Shown here in pieces: positions 28,569 to 37,206 of a stretch of 48,776 nt of DNA. This stretch comes from a virus (taxonomy: Duplodnaviria > Caudoviricetes), in the IMG/VR virus record IMGVR_UViG_3300011114_000473, positions 1-48,776 of that record; one strand, 5' to 3'. The translations under genes were made by a program, and so were the position numbers. The notes under the pieces are model-generated. The model had not been told where the DNA came from. It searched no databases and saw nothing but the letters and a program-made list of their open reading frames with translations. Within the stretch, counting starts at the first letter, position 1, and each line of letters begins with the position of its first letter.

Positions 28569-28664
28569 ATCTCCCCTCGGTGTGGGAGATTTCTCATCCC
28601 CGGCCCCTAGTCGCCCCGGTGCGTGACAATGGTGCTTCCTCTCAAGAGGAGCCATTGTCATGGC
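28569..28664 (+). promoter_or_regulatory. Structured 5' leader, copy B
   Basis: ATCTCCC/GGGAGAT hairpin with a CTCGGTGT loop; TGACAATGG/CCATTGTCA and TCCTC/GAGGA stems cover the SD and the A of ATG. Confidence 0.7.
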
Positions 28665-29289
28665 GAATACGAACGCTCCGTTCGGTTTCAGGCAGTATTT
28701 CGGCGGCTCTGGCGGAGCCCCCACCTTCTCCGTCGGCTCCTATCGGATCGCGTCAACTGACACGACCAAGGTATTCTCGGGCGATGTTGTCCAGCCGGTC
28801 GTTTCGACGGCGACGGGCTACATCACGCAGGGCACCGCCAGCACCACGGTCATCACGGGCATCTTTACCGGGTGCACATACCTCTCCGTTTCCCAGAAGC
28901 GGACGGTTTGGAACTCCTACTGGCCCGGTGCCGACGCAAGCGGGGATGTCACCGCGTATGTGGTCGATGACCCGAACGCGCAGTTCGTGGTTCAGGGCGG
29001 CTCAACGACTTTCAACATCGGCGGCACGCTGACGACCTGGACTACGTCCCCGGTCGGTCAATACGCGATGTACACGGTCGGAAGCGGCAACACCTCGACC
29101 GGGCAGTCCGGATCGTACCTGAGCGCCCTCGGCACGACGGTCACCTATCCCTTCATCGTCCGCGGCTTGATCGACTTCCCGCCCGGCGGACCTGGGGCTG
29201 ACCCCCTCTCCGCCTACAACTGGGTTGTCGTCGGCTTCAACGACCAGCTTCTGCGCTCGAATGGCGCAGGACCGACTGGCATCTCTTAA
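28660..29289 (+). CDS. Capsid decoration/cement protein
   Basis: MANTNAPFGF start and YVVDDPNAQFVVQ motif; directly precedes the major capsid gene; strongly biased codons. Confidence 0.75.
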   Translation: MANTNAPFGFRQYFGGSGGAPTFSVGSYRIASTDTTKVFSGDVVQPVVSTATGYITQGTASTTVITGIFTGCTYLSVSQKRTVWNSYWPGADASGDVTAYVVDDPNAQFVVQGGSTTFNIGGTLTTWTTSPVGQYAMYTVGSGNTSTGQSGSYLSALGTTVTYPFIVRGLIDFPPGGPGADPLSAYNWVVVGFNDQLLRSNGAGPTGIS

Positions 29290-29302
29290 GGAGTAGGGAA
29301 AA

Positions 29303-30217
29303 ATGGCTGTCAATCTTTCTGCCATCAAAGACCTTCTCCTCCCCGGTCTTCGTGGGGTTGAAGGCAAGTACGAGATGATCCCGTCTCAGTACGACAAGAT
29401 CTTCACCAAGCACAATTCCAAGATGGCCTTGGAGCGCACCGCTGAGATGCGCTACCTCGGGCTTGCCCAACTCAAGACCGAAGGCGGCCAGACCGCTTTC
29501 GACAACAGTGCTGGCGAGCGGTTCGTCTATAACCAAGAGCATACGGAAATCGCTCTCGGTTACGCCATCACCCGCAAGGCGGTGGACGACAACCTCTACA
29601 AGACCCAGTTCCACCCGTCGAACCTTGGCCTGATCGAGTCCTTCCAGCAGACCAAGGAAATCTTCGGCGCAAACACGCTGAACACCGCGACGACCTACAA
29701 CGCCAACATCGGCGGTGACGGTGTCGCGCTCTGCTCGGCGAGCCATCCGATCGACGGCGCGACGGTCGCCAACATCCCCTCGGTGGCGCAGGATCTCAAC
29801 GAAGCATCGCTGCTCAACAGCATGATCGCGGTCCGTACCAACTTCAAGGATCAGGCTGGCCTCAAGGTCTTCGCCCGCGCCCGGAAGCTGGTCGTTCCTC
29901 CCCAGCTTGAGCCGGTGGCGATCCGTCTGACCAAGACCGAGCTTCGGCCCGGCACGGCGGACAACGACGTCAACGCGCTCTTCCAGACCGCTGGCGGATT
30001 GCCCGAAGGTTACATGGTCAACGACTTCCTGACCTCGTCCTATGCGTGGTTCCTGCTGACCAATATCGACGGGCTCTCCTACATGGAGCGCATCAAGTTC
30101 GAGACGGACATGCAGGTCGATTTCGTGACCGACAACCTGCTGGTGAAGGGCTACGAACGCTACTCTTTTGGCTATTACAATTGGAGATCAATATTTGGTT
30201 CATTCCCCACTTCTTGA
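29303..30217 (+). CDS. Major capsid protein (Mu gpT-like HK97 fold)
   Basis: KDLLLPGL, GDGVALCSASHP, KLVVPPQLE, GTADNDVN and YERYSFGYYNWRSIFGS; AAGGAG RBS. Confidence 0.92.
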   Translation: MAVNLSAIKDLLLPGLRGVEGKYEMIPSQYDKIFTKHNSKMALERTAEMRYLGLAQLKTEGGQTAFDNSAGERFVYNQEHTEIALGYAITRKAVDDNLYKTQFHPSNLGLIESFQQTKEIFGANTLNTATTYNANIGGDGVALCSASHPIDGATVANIPSVAQDLNEASLLNSMIAVRTNFKDQAGLKVFARARKLVVPPQLEPVAIRLTKTELRPGTADNDVNALFQTAGGLPEGYMVNDFLTSSYAWFLLTNIDGLSYMERIKFETDMQVDFVTDNLLVKGYERYSFGYYNWRSIFGSFPTS

Positions 30218-30253
30218 TAGAATGTGGAATACAACCAAGTAATGGAGCCCCTG

Positions 30254-30958
30254 ATGCGCGAAACGATAACTCAGCAAAGACTACGGGAGTTGGTGTCATA
30301 CGACGCCGACACCGGAATCTTTACTTGGGTTGCTAAATGGCGCGGTATTCTTACCGGCCACGAAGCTGGCTCTGTTGATCCGAATGGGTATCGCGTCATT
30401 AGGCTCGACAAAACCGACTACCTCGCGCAAAGGCTGGCGTGGTTCTGGGTGCGTGGATCGTGGCCTCGCCTGATTCGATTTCAGAATGGCGAGAGGGCAG
30501 ACTGCCGGATCGAGAATCTGTGTGAGGGCTTTTATCTCACGACAAAGCATGATTCCCGGACGAAAGAAGGCCGCGCGTCCTACCAGCTTGAATATCGTGC
30601 GGCACGGCGAGAAGTATTCTCGGCCAAGCAGCGCGAGCGCAAATACGGCATCACGCTCGCCGAATACTCCGAGAAGGTCGCCGCTCAGGGCAATCTCTGC
30701 GCCATCTGCGGCAAGCCGGAAACGGAGTGTCGCGGGGGCAAGTTGAAGGCGCTCGGGGTTGACCATAACCACGAGACAAATGAGATCCGCGATCTCCTTT
30801 GCACGGCTTGCAACAAGCTGATCGGCCTCGCCAACGAAGACCGGGACGTTCTTCTCTCGGCCATCAAGTACCTCGATCGGCATTCGGGCGAGGCTGTCGT
30901 TTCCCCTCTCTACCGGGTAACTCCCGGCGTCGCACGCGGCGAAACAGGAAAGGTATAG
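30254..30958 (+). CDS. Free-standing homing endonuclease: degenerate HNH N-domain fused to an endonuclease VII domain
   Basis: ITQQRLRELVSYDADTGIFTW...RLAW...NGERADCRIENL, then KYGITL..Y....QGNLCAICG...VDHNH.T..IRDLLC..CN..IG. Alternative start at GTG 30224. Confidence 0.85.
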   Translation: MRETITQQRLRELVSYDADTGIFTWVAKWRGILTGHEAGSVDPNGYRVIRLDKTDYLAQRLAWFWVRGSWPRLIRFQNGERADCRIENLCEGFYLTTKHDSRTKEGRASYQLEYRAARREVFSAKQRERKYGITLAEYSEKVAAQGNLCAICGKPETECRGGKLKALGVDHNHETNEIRDLLCTACNKLIGLANEDRDVLLSAIKYLDRHSGEAVVSPLYRVTPGVARGETGKV

Positions 30959-30961
30959 TCC

Positions 30962-31993
30962 ATGGGTATCACCCATCTGAGCGGCCTTGAAGTCGCAGGC
31001 GTTCCGACCATGGGGATCAGCGGCGTTCCGCTGTTCACCGGGAATTGGTATTTCGTGGATGCGGTTCAAGGCTCGGATGGGAATACCGGCGCTGCCGATA
31101 GCCCCCTTGCCACGGTCTATCAGGCTCAGAACCTGATGACGGCGGGGCAGAACGATGTTTGCGTGATCGTTGGCAGCGGCTCGACGGCAGGCACGCAGCG
31201 TCTCTCGACCGCCCTGGCTCAGACCATCACCCCCTCGGTAACGGCGGGGACGCTCATATGGGCGAAGGCGGCCTGCCATCTGGTCGGCATGACCGCGCCG
31301 ACCCGTGTTGCGCAGCGTGCTCGCTTCGCTCCTCCGACCGGCGCCTATACGCAGGCGACCTTCGGATCTGGCACCTTCATCTCGGTGACGGCGCAGGGCT
31401 GCTACTTCGCGAACTTCTCGGTTTTCGAGGGCTTCTCGACGGGCGGCTCCAGCCAGATCGCCTGGATCGATTCGGGCGGGCGGAACTACTACGAAAACGT
31501 GGACATTCAGGGCATTGCCGACGCGGCTGCGGCGGCGAGCACGAGCGCCCGTTCGCTGAAGATCACGGGCACCACGGGCGAGAACACCTTCGTCGGTTGC
31601 ACGATCGGCACCGACACGGTGACCCGCTCGGTTGCGAATGCCTCTCTGGAGTTCGCGGCGGGATCGCCCCGCAACAGTTTCATCAACTGCATGTTCCCGT
31701 TCCAGACGAGCGCGGCCGGTGTTCTTGGCATCCTCGGGACCGGCGCGGCCTGCATGGACCGCTGGCAGTCGTTTGAACGCTGCACCTTCATCAACAACAT
31801 CAAGTCAACCTCGACTGCGATGACGGCTCTTGCGTCCCTGACGAGTGCGTCTCCTGGCGGCCTGCTGTCCTTCAAGGATTGCACGACCATCGGCATGACG
31901 AAGTTCGGCGACACCAACGCTCTCGCCAATTCCTATGTCGATGGCGCGGCGCCGAGTGCCGCCACGTCCGGCATCGCCGTCAACCCGTCCTAA
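30962..31993 (+). CDS. Virion structural protein with a beta-helix (pectin lyase-like) region
   Basis: YFVDAVQGSDGNTG...PLATV..A motif and repeated (N/T)xFxxC turns. Confidence 0.7.
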   Translation: MGITHLSGLEVAGVPTMGISGVPLFTGNWYFVDAVQGSDGNTGAADSPLATVYQAQNLMTAGQNDVCVIVGSGSTAGTQRLSTALAQTITPSVTAGTLIWAKAACHLVGMTAPTRVAQRARFAPPTGAYTQATFGSGTFISVTAQGCYFANFSVFEGFSTGGSSQIAWIDSGGRNYYENVDIQGIADAAAAASTSARSLKITGTTGENTFVGCTIGTDTVTRSVANASLEFAAGSPRNSFINCMFPFQTSAAGVLGILGTGAACMDRWQSFERCTFINNIKSTSTAMTALASLTSASPGGLLSFKDCTTIGMTKFGDTNALANSYVDGAAPSAATSGIAVNPS

Positions 31994-32007
31994 GCTAGGA
32001 GGATCAA

Positions 32008-32346
32008 ATGAAGGGTCATAAGGCTCACCATCACCGCAAGGCGAAGGCTGACGGCGGCGAAGCTCACGGCGACGCGGCGACGGGTTCCAAGGAATACGAG
32101 GAAGACCTGTCGGACAAGCCTGCTCGTTACAACATGAGCAAGGTCGAGAACGAGGCGGAAGAGCGCAAGGCCGGTGGGCGGACCAAGAAGAAGATGGTCG
32201 GCTCGGTTCATGGTCTGGCGGCGAAACACAACGCCGGTCGCAAGCCCCGGAAGTCCGGTGGGCGCGCGGGTTCCGACATGAATCCGTTCTCCTCGGCGCG
32301 CAGCGGCACGCCGCCGAAATACCACAAAGACACCCAGATCGATTGA
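32008..32346 (+). CDS. Small basic protein with xxxGG motifs
   Basis: AGGAGG RBS; KADGG, RKAGG and RKPRKSGG (the last is also present in ORF 12388). Confidence 0.75.
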   Translation: MKGHKAHHHRKAKADGGEAHGDAATGSKEYEEDLSDKPARYNMSKVENEAEERKAGGRTKKKMVGSVHGLAAKHNAGRKPRKSGGRAGSDMNPFSSARSGTPPKYHKDTQID

Positions 32347-32347
32347 G

Positions 32348-32370
32348 GCGCGGGCAATGTCCCGCGTTTT
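32348..32370 (+). terminator. Putative intrinsic terminator
   Basis: GCGCGGG...CCCGCGT hairpin followed by TTT. Confidence 0.45.
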
Positions 32371-32398
32371 CATGCGCCGGTAACGGAGGCTTCACGGT

Positions 32399-33358
32399 AT
32401 GCGTCCAATCGTAGTGCAGGCCGGTCCTCTTATCGCGGCAAGCGCCACCAAGATCGCGACTGCCCAACGCAACTACGGCGTTGGTGGTGCTTTGGCATTG
32501 ATCGGGGCGGCGAGCAACGCCGTCGCGGGCACGGTCTGTTCATCTCAGTCTCCCGGCTCTGCCGCGTTCACAATCAACGGAACGCGGACGAGCGGCGGGA
32601 TTGCCTATCTGCCCAATCAATACATTTACATCACTTGCGGCGGGGACAGTCATACGCGCACGGTTGCCGTGGTTGGTCTTGATATCAACTCCGCCATTCA
32701 GACCGAGACGATCACGCTCACCAATACGCAGTCGTCGGCGAGCACGAAGACCTACACGCAGATCCTGTCATTGACGCCCTCGGGCGCCGTTACCGGCACT
32801 GTGACGGTAGGGAGCTATACGCGGGCGACCATGGATGTCGCGCGGCGGATCCTCTTCACGACCACCGCGGACGAAAGCGCCAACGTGGCGACGCTCACCG
32901 GAACCAATTGGGCTGGGGATGCGATCTCCGAGAGCCTGACCTTGGTGAGCACCAGCACCGTCTCCGCTGTCCTCGACTACAAGACGCTGACGACGGTCAC
33001 GATGTCTGCGGCGGCGGCTGGGAATATCTCGGTCGGAACGAGCCAGGTCGCGTCCAGCCAATGGATCTTCCTAGATGCCTGGGCGATGTCTCAGATCGGC
33101 ATCCAATGCACGGTCTCGGGGACCGTGAATTATACGGTCCAGCAGACGCTTGACGATCCCAGCTCGCCGACCAATTCGGTTGCGGCGGCGAGTGTTGCGT
33201 GGGTGAACCACCCCGATTCCGCCTTGGTGAGCGCGACGACGAACCAGCAATCGAATTATGCCTATCCCCCGACCTGGGCGCGGATTGTGCTGAACAGCGA
33301 GAGCGGTACGGGCTTTGTGAACATGACGCTCATTCAAGCACTCTCGGCGGTCTACTGA
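32399..33358 (+). CDS. Virion structural protein
   Basis: Thr/Ser-rich, internally repeated (ETITL...KTY / ESLTL...DYKT); VSGTVNYTVQQTLDDP motif. Confidence 0.7.
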   Translation: MRPIVVQAGPLIAASATKIATAQRNYGVGGALALIGAASNAVAGTVCSSQSPGSAAFTINGTRTSGGIAYLPNQYIYITCGGDSHTRTVAVVGLDINSAIQTETITLTNTQSSASTKTYTQILSLTPSGAVTGTVTVGSYTRATMDVARRILFTTTADESANVATLTGTNWAGDAISESLTLVSTSTVSAVLDYKTLTTVTMSAAAAGNISVGTSQVASSQWIFLDAWAMSQIGIQCTVSGTVNYTVQQTLDDPSSPTNSVAAASVAWVNHPDSALVSATTNQQSNYAYPPTWARIVLNSESGTGFVNMTLIQALSAVY

Positions 33359-33359
33359 G

Positions 33360-34613
33360 ATGAGCTTCGGCCTTTCTTCTGGGGGCGGCCTTTCAGGCGG
33401 TGGATCTGTCGTCAACGGGACGGCGGGCCAAGTCGCTTTCTATGCCGCGACCGGCTCACAGGTTTCTGGAAACTCCAATCTTACGGTTAGTGGAGGTGCC
33501 CTGACTATCGGGGTTGCTGGCACGACTGCCGGTAGCTTGGTCTTGGCTGGGAGTTCGTCGGGAATCGTCACGATCAAGACGGCCGCTGCTGCTGGCACTT
33601 GGTCGATGACGGTTCCTGCCGATGACGGCACTTCTGGTCAGTTCCTTCAAACGGACGGCAACGGGATCTGCACTTGGCAGACGGTATCGACTGGGATCAC
33701 GATCAACAGCACCGCCATCGCCAGCGGAACGAATACGCGCGTTTTGTTCGACGACAGCGCGGTGGTCGGGGAGGATGCCGGGCTCACCTACAACAAGACC
33801 AACAAGGCGTTGACGATTGGTGGGGCGACCGTCACCGCCTCCGCTCCCGTGTTGGATCTGAGCCAAACCTGGAACAATGCCGCTGTCGCGTTCAACGGCG
33901 TCAAACTCAACGTCACCAATACGAATAGTGCTTCGACCTCCACCTTGCTTGATTTGCAGATTGGCGGTGTGAGCCAAATTTCGTTCGGCGGTCCTGCCAG
34001 TCCAGGGTACATCCATCAAAACGGCGCAGCCGCTGTTAGCGCCAGCGGAAACACCTTCGTCAGAACCAATCTTGGCGGCGGTGATTTGGTCACCACCGTG
34101 AACGACCATATAGCACTTTGGAACGGGGCTGAACTTGGGTGGGCGAGCGTCTCCGCCGCCACGTTTTCCTCCGCGCTCGATGCGAAATTTACACGTTCTG
34201 CGGCGGCTACCATCCATTTGGGCGCTGCCGATGCGGCGTCTCCTGTGGCGCAGACTTTTGGCGTTCAGGGTGTCGTGGCCGGGACCAGCAACACAGCGGG
34301 TTCCGATTTCACGCTCACTGGTTCGCAAGGGACTGGCACCGGCGTTGGCGGGAACATAGTATTCAAGGTCGCCCCTGCTGCGGCGGGTACCGCATCAACT
34401 CAGAATGCCCTCGTCACGGCTTTTGCGATCCGCCAGGACAAGACCGTTTTACAGACCCCCATTCTTGTATCGGCGCTCCCAACTGCCGGAACTGCTGGCC
34501 GCAGAGCTTTTGTGTCGGATGCCCTGACACCTGTCTTCGGCTCGACCGTAGCGGGGGGGGGCTCTGTAAATGTCCCCGTGTATGACAACGGTGCCAACTG
34601 GACTGTCGGATAA
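33360..34613 (+). CDS. Tail fibre-like protein
   Basis: GTAGQVAFY, GTSGQFLQTDGNG and VPVYDNGANWTVG fibre motifs. Confidence 0.75.
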   Translation: MSFGLSSGGGLSGGGSVVNGTAGQVAFYAATGSQVSGNSNLTVSGGALTIGVAGTTAGSLVLAGSSSGIVTIKTAAAAGTWSMTVPADDGTSGQFLQTDGNGICTWQTVSTGITINSTAIASGTNTRVLFDDSAVVGEDAGLTYNKTNKALTIGGATVTASAPVLDLSQTWNNAAVAFNGVKLNVTNTNSASTSTLLDLQIGGVSQISFGGPASPGYIHQNGAAAVSASGNTFVRTNLGGGDLVTTVNDHIALWNGAELGWASVSAATFSSALDAKFTRSAAATIHLGAADAASPVAQTFGVQGVVAGTSNTAGSDFTLTGSQGTGTGVGGNIVFKVAPAAAGTASTQNALVTAFAIRQDKTVLQTPILVSALPTAGTAGRRAFVSDALTPVFGSTVAGGGSVNVPVYDNGANWTVG

Positions 34614-34939
34614 TGGCGAACACCTATTCCTGCGGCGTTAACAACATGACCTGCGTTCCCGCGATAGGAAGGCGGGATAATGTGGTTATCGAAGTACTGT
34701 GGACGTGTTCTGGAACGGACGGTAAGCAAAACGCCGCGTACACATCGTCAACGCCGGTAGTTTACGCCCCTAAAGCCCTGTTCATTCCGTATGAAAAACT
34801 GACGCTCGATGACGTCATGGGCTGGGTTTATAAGGTCATCGGCGACGATGGCATGGCCGCGATCGAGGCGCTGGTGGACGAAGAAATCACGGCCCAGGCA
34901 ACCCCGCCTTTTGTGACACCGCCATTGCCGTGGGGGTGA
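34613..34939 (+). CDS. Fibre-associated hypothetical protein (possible assembly chaperone)
   Basis: FIPYEKLT...VMGWV...PPLPW pattern; TAATG coupling. Confidence 0.7.
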   Translation: MANTYSCGVNNMTCVPAIGRRDNVVIEVLWTCSGTDGKQNAAYTSSTPVVYAPKALFIPYEKLTLDDVMGWVYKVIGDDGMAAIEALVDEEITAQATPPFVTPPLPWG

Positions 34940-34948
34940 TAATCCGCC

Positions 34949-35644
34949 ATGACCACATCGGGCACCTACACCTTTAATCCCGGCCTCGGCGAACTGGTTC
35001 TCTACGCCTATAACATCGCGGGCCTGAGAAACACCTCCTTGACCCAAGAGCACATGCAGACCGCCAAGATGGCGACGAACATGATGCTGTCTCGCTGGGC
35101 GAACCAGGGCGTCAATCTGTGGGCTGTCGATCTCGTGACGGTTGCTCTCGTGGCGGGTCAGGCGACCTATGCCGTGGACGCCAGCACGGTGATGATCCTC
35201 GATGCCTATATGTCGATCAATCAAGGTTCGACGCCAGAAAACGACCGAATCATTCTGCCGATCAGCCGCACTGAATATGCGAGCTACGCGACCAAGACCC
35301 AGCAGGGATTCACGACAACCTTCTGGTTTGATCGTTTGATCTCCCCAACGGTCACGCTGTGGCCCGTTCCCGATGGAACCTCGGCGCAATATCTCAAATA
35401 CTACCGGGTTCGCCAGATTCAGGATGCGAATTTCACCAGCGGTCAGCAGGTCGAAGTCCCATATCTGTGGCTTGAAGCTTTTGCGGACGGGCTTGGTTAT
35501 CGCCTCGCGAAAATCTGGGCGCCTGACAAGGCGGCGGGATTGAAGGCCATCGCGGACGAATCCTATAACATCGCAGCCGACCAGAACGTCGAGCAGGCGC
35601 AGGTTTACGTTTCGCCGCAGTTATCCAACTATTTCCGCGTCTGA
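34949..35644 (+). CDS. Head-tail adaptor protein (gp4-like)
   Basis: MTTSGTYTFN, RWANQGVNLW, ISRTEYA and LWPVPD motifs. Confidence 0.75.
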   Translation: MTTSGTYTFNPGLGELVLYAYNIAGLRNTSLTQEHMQTAKMATNMMLSRWANQGVNLWAVDLVTVALVAGQATYAVDASTVMILDAYMSINQGSTPENDRIILPISRTEYASYATKTQQGFTTTFWFDRLISPTVTLWPVPDGTSAQYLKYYRVRQIQDANFTSGQQVEVPYLWLEAFADGLGYRLAKIWAPDKAAGLKAIADESYNIAADQNVEQAQVYVSPQLSNYFRV

Positions 35645-35646
35645 TC

Positions 35647-36150
35647 ATGGCCTGGGCCTCACAATCCGGCAGGGCAAGAACCAGTCCCAGCAATCCGCAG
35701 GCGCATGCGATCTGCCAGCGTTGCGGATTCCGCTATAACCACGTCGATCTCAGTTGGCAGTTCGACTACCGCGGGACCGCCCTTCAGAACCTGCGTATTC
35801 TGGTCTGCCGCCCTTGCTATGCCCAGCCTCAAGAGCAGTTGCGGGCCATCGTAATCCCGGCCGATCCGGTGCCGATCCAGAATCCGATGATCGAGTATTT
35901 CGAGGCCTACGAGACCGACAATCGCGTCACGTCCGGGCAAAACACGACCGACCCATTGACCGGCCTTCCCGTGATCCAAGGCGACACCCGAACCACCCAG
36001 AACGACGCCGTTCGCGTGACGCAGCAGACGGGCGAGCCTCCGGGTGGATTGAACCAACAGCCCGGTACGGATACCAACGCGCCCGGTAATGACGATCCGG
36101 GCCTGCCGTATGGGAATACAAACGTGCCGAAAACGGGGCCGCTAACATGA
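35647..36150 (+). CDS. Conserved Zn-finger hypothetical protein
   Basis: AICQRCGFRY...ILVCRPCY..PQEQL. Confidence 0.75.
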   Translation: MAWASQSGRARTSPSNPQAHAICQRCGFRYNHVDLSWQFDYRGTALQNLRILVCRPCYAQPQEQLRAIVIPADPVPIQNPMIEYFEAYETDNRVTSGQNTTDPLTGLPVIQGDTRTTQNDAVRVTQQTGEPPGGLNQQPGTDTNAPGNDDPGLPYGNTNVPKTGPLT

Positions 36151-36560
36151 GTAATGTCCAGATCCCAAATCTCACCCCCGCAATTGCGATCAACGGCACC
36201 GAGCAGATTGAGGCCGTGCAAGCAGGATCTTCCGTCCGAGTCACGACGCAACAGATCGCAAGCTTCGCGGCGGGGATTACCGCCCATTGCCGATCTTCCG
36301 CTGCCGGGGCTTTGCAAGCTGGATCCCAGAACGTAGCGAGCGTCACCAAGGACTCGACAGGCAACTACACGATCACCTTCCTGAACACCTATCTCTCCGC
36401 GAACTATACCGCCGTCGCGGGACTGGGGGATTCAGCCGGGCTTGGGTTTGGAGTTCTAACCAGCACTCAAACCACAACGACGCTGCTGGTCAAGACGTTC
36501 AATACGACAACCGCGGCAGCGGCAAATGTCAGCTTCTCCGTGCAAGTATCGGGGGGGTGA
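36147..36560 (+). CDS. Short fibre/decoration-like protein
   Basis: MSNVQIPNL start; NVASVTK.STGNYTITF....SANY C-terminal fibre-tip motif. Confidence 0.65.
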   Translation: MSNVQIPNLTPAIAINGTEQIEAVQAGSSVRVTTQQIASFAAGITAHCRSSAAGALQAGSQNVASVTKDSTGNYTITFLNTYLSANYTAVAGLGDSAGLGFGVLTSTQTTTTLLVKTFNTTTAAAANVSFSVQVSGG

Positions 36561-36655
36561 AATGTCCGATCAATCATTGCTTAAACGGCAAGGCGCACTG
36601 AGGCTGTGCAAATTTGTAAGAGTCCAATCATGAGTTGGGCATGCGAAATAAGTAT

Positions 36656-36874
36656 ATGCCCTTGAGAACGGTCGTCCCCGTCGCGTTTGTCATAGACAGC
36701 ACACTCAGCGTCGGGGCTGTCACATCTCCCTGGTGGATTGGCCCGTTGCATTCGGTCAACGAGTTGGCGGCGACCATCGCGGCGGTAGGCGGCGCAATCG
36801 TCATGCTGATTCGCCTCTATCTGGTCCTGCGCGACGTGTCCAAGAGCAAATCCCGCCTAGACGACGAGAAATGA
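36656..36874 (+). CDS. Putative holin
   Basis: Hydrophobic segments followed by a charged C-terminus (SKSKSRLDDEK) at the start of the lysis cassette; start uncertain. Confidence 0.5.
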   Translation: MPLRTVVPVAFVIDSTLSVGAVTSPWWIGPLHSVNELAATIAAVGGAIVMLIRLYLVLRDVSKSKSRLDDEK

Positions 36875-37206
36875 GGGCGCTGATCGCGGCTGCCTTTCTG
36901 GCTGGCGCGTCTGTGGCGGTAGCAGCGCCTCCCGAGGGCGTGACGCTCGATCTGGCTTTGTCATCCTGGTTTCGGAGCATGCACAACCGCGACGGCATGT
37001 CGCGCTGTTCCGAATCCGATGGGCATTTCCTCGCGGACGACGCATGGCGCTGGGTCGGTGGGCATTACGAAATCCTGATCGGCAACAACTGGATCTCGGT
37101 CCCCGATCGGTCGATTGCGGTTGGCCCGATGAATCCGACCGGCCGAGGGGTGGCTTGGTACACGGCGGCGAATCTGTACTGCTTCTCCGCGCCGCCTTTA
37201 GCATGA
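36871..37206 (+). CDS. Secreted hypothetical protein
   Basis: Signal peptide MRALIAAAFLAGASVAVAA; WFRS...C..SDG, NPTGR.V.W and YCF motifs; ATGA coupling. Confidence 0.65.
   Translation: MRALIAAAFLAGASVAVAAPPEGVTLDLALSSWFRSMHNRDGMSRCSESDGHFLADDAWRWVGGHYEILIGNNWISVPDRSIAVGPMNPTGRGVAWYTAANLYCFSAPPLA

Noticed and set aside
27391-28664. Imperfect repeat pair as a DGR template/variable repeat
   Set aside because: No reverse transcriptase gene, mismatches are not adenine-specific, and both copies are non-coding leaders.
30901-30961. Small hairpins (CCGGG/CCCGG, TCGC/GCGA) as a displaced Mu-gpT downstream RNA element or a third leader copy
   Set aside because: Only a TCCCGGCG partial match with short stems, inside a coding region; cannot be supported without a covariance-model search.
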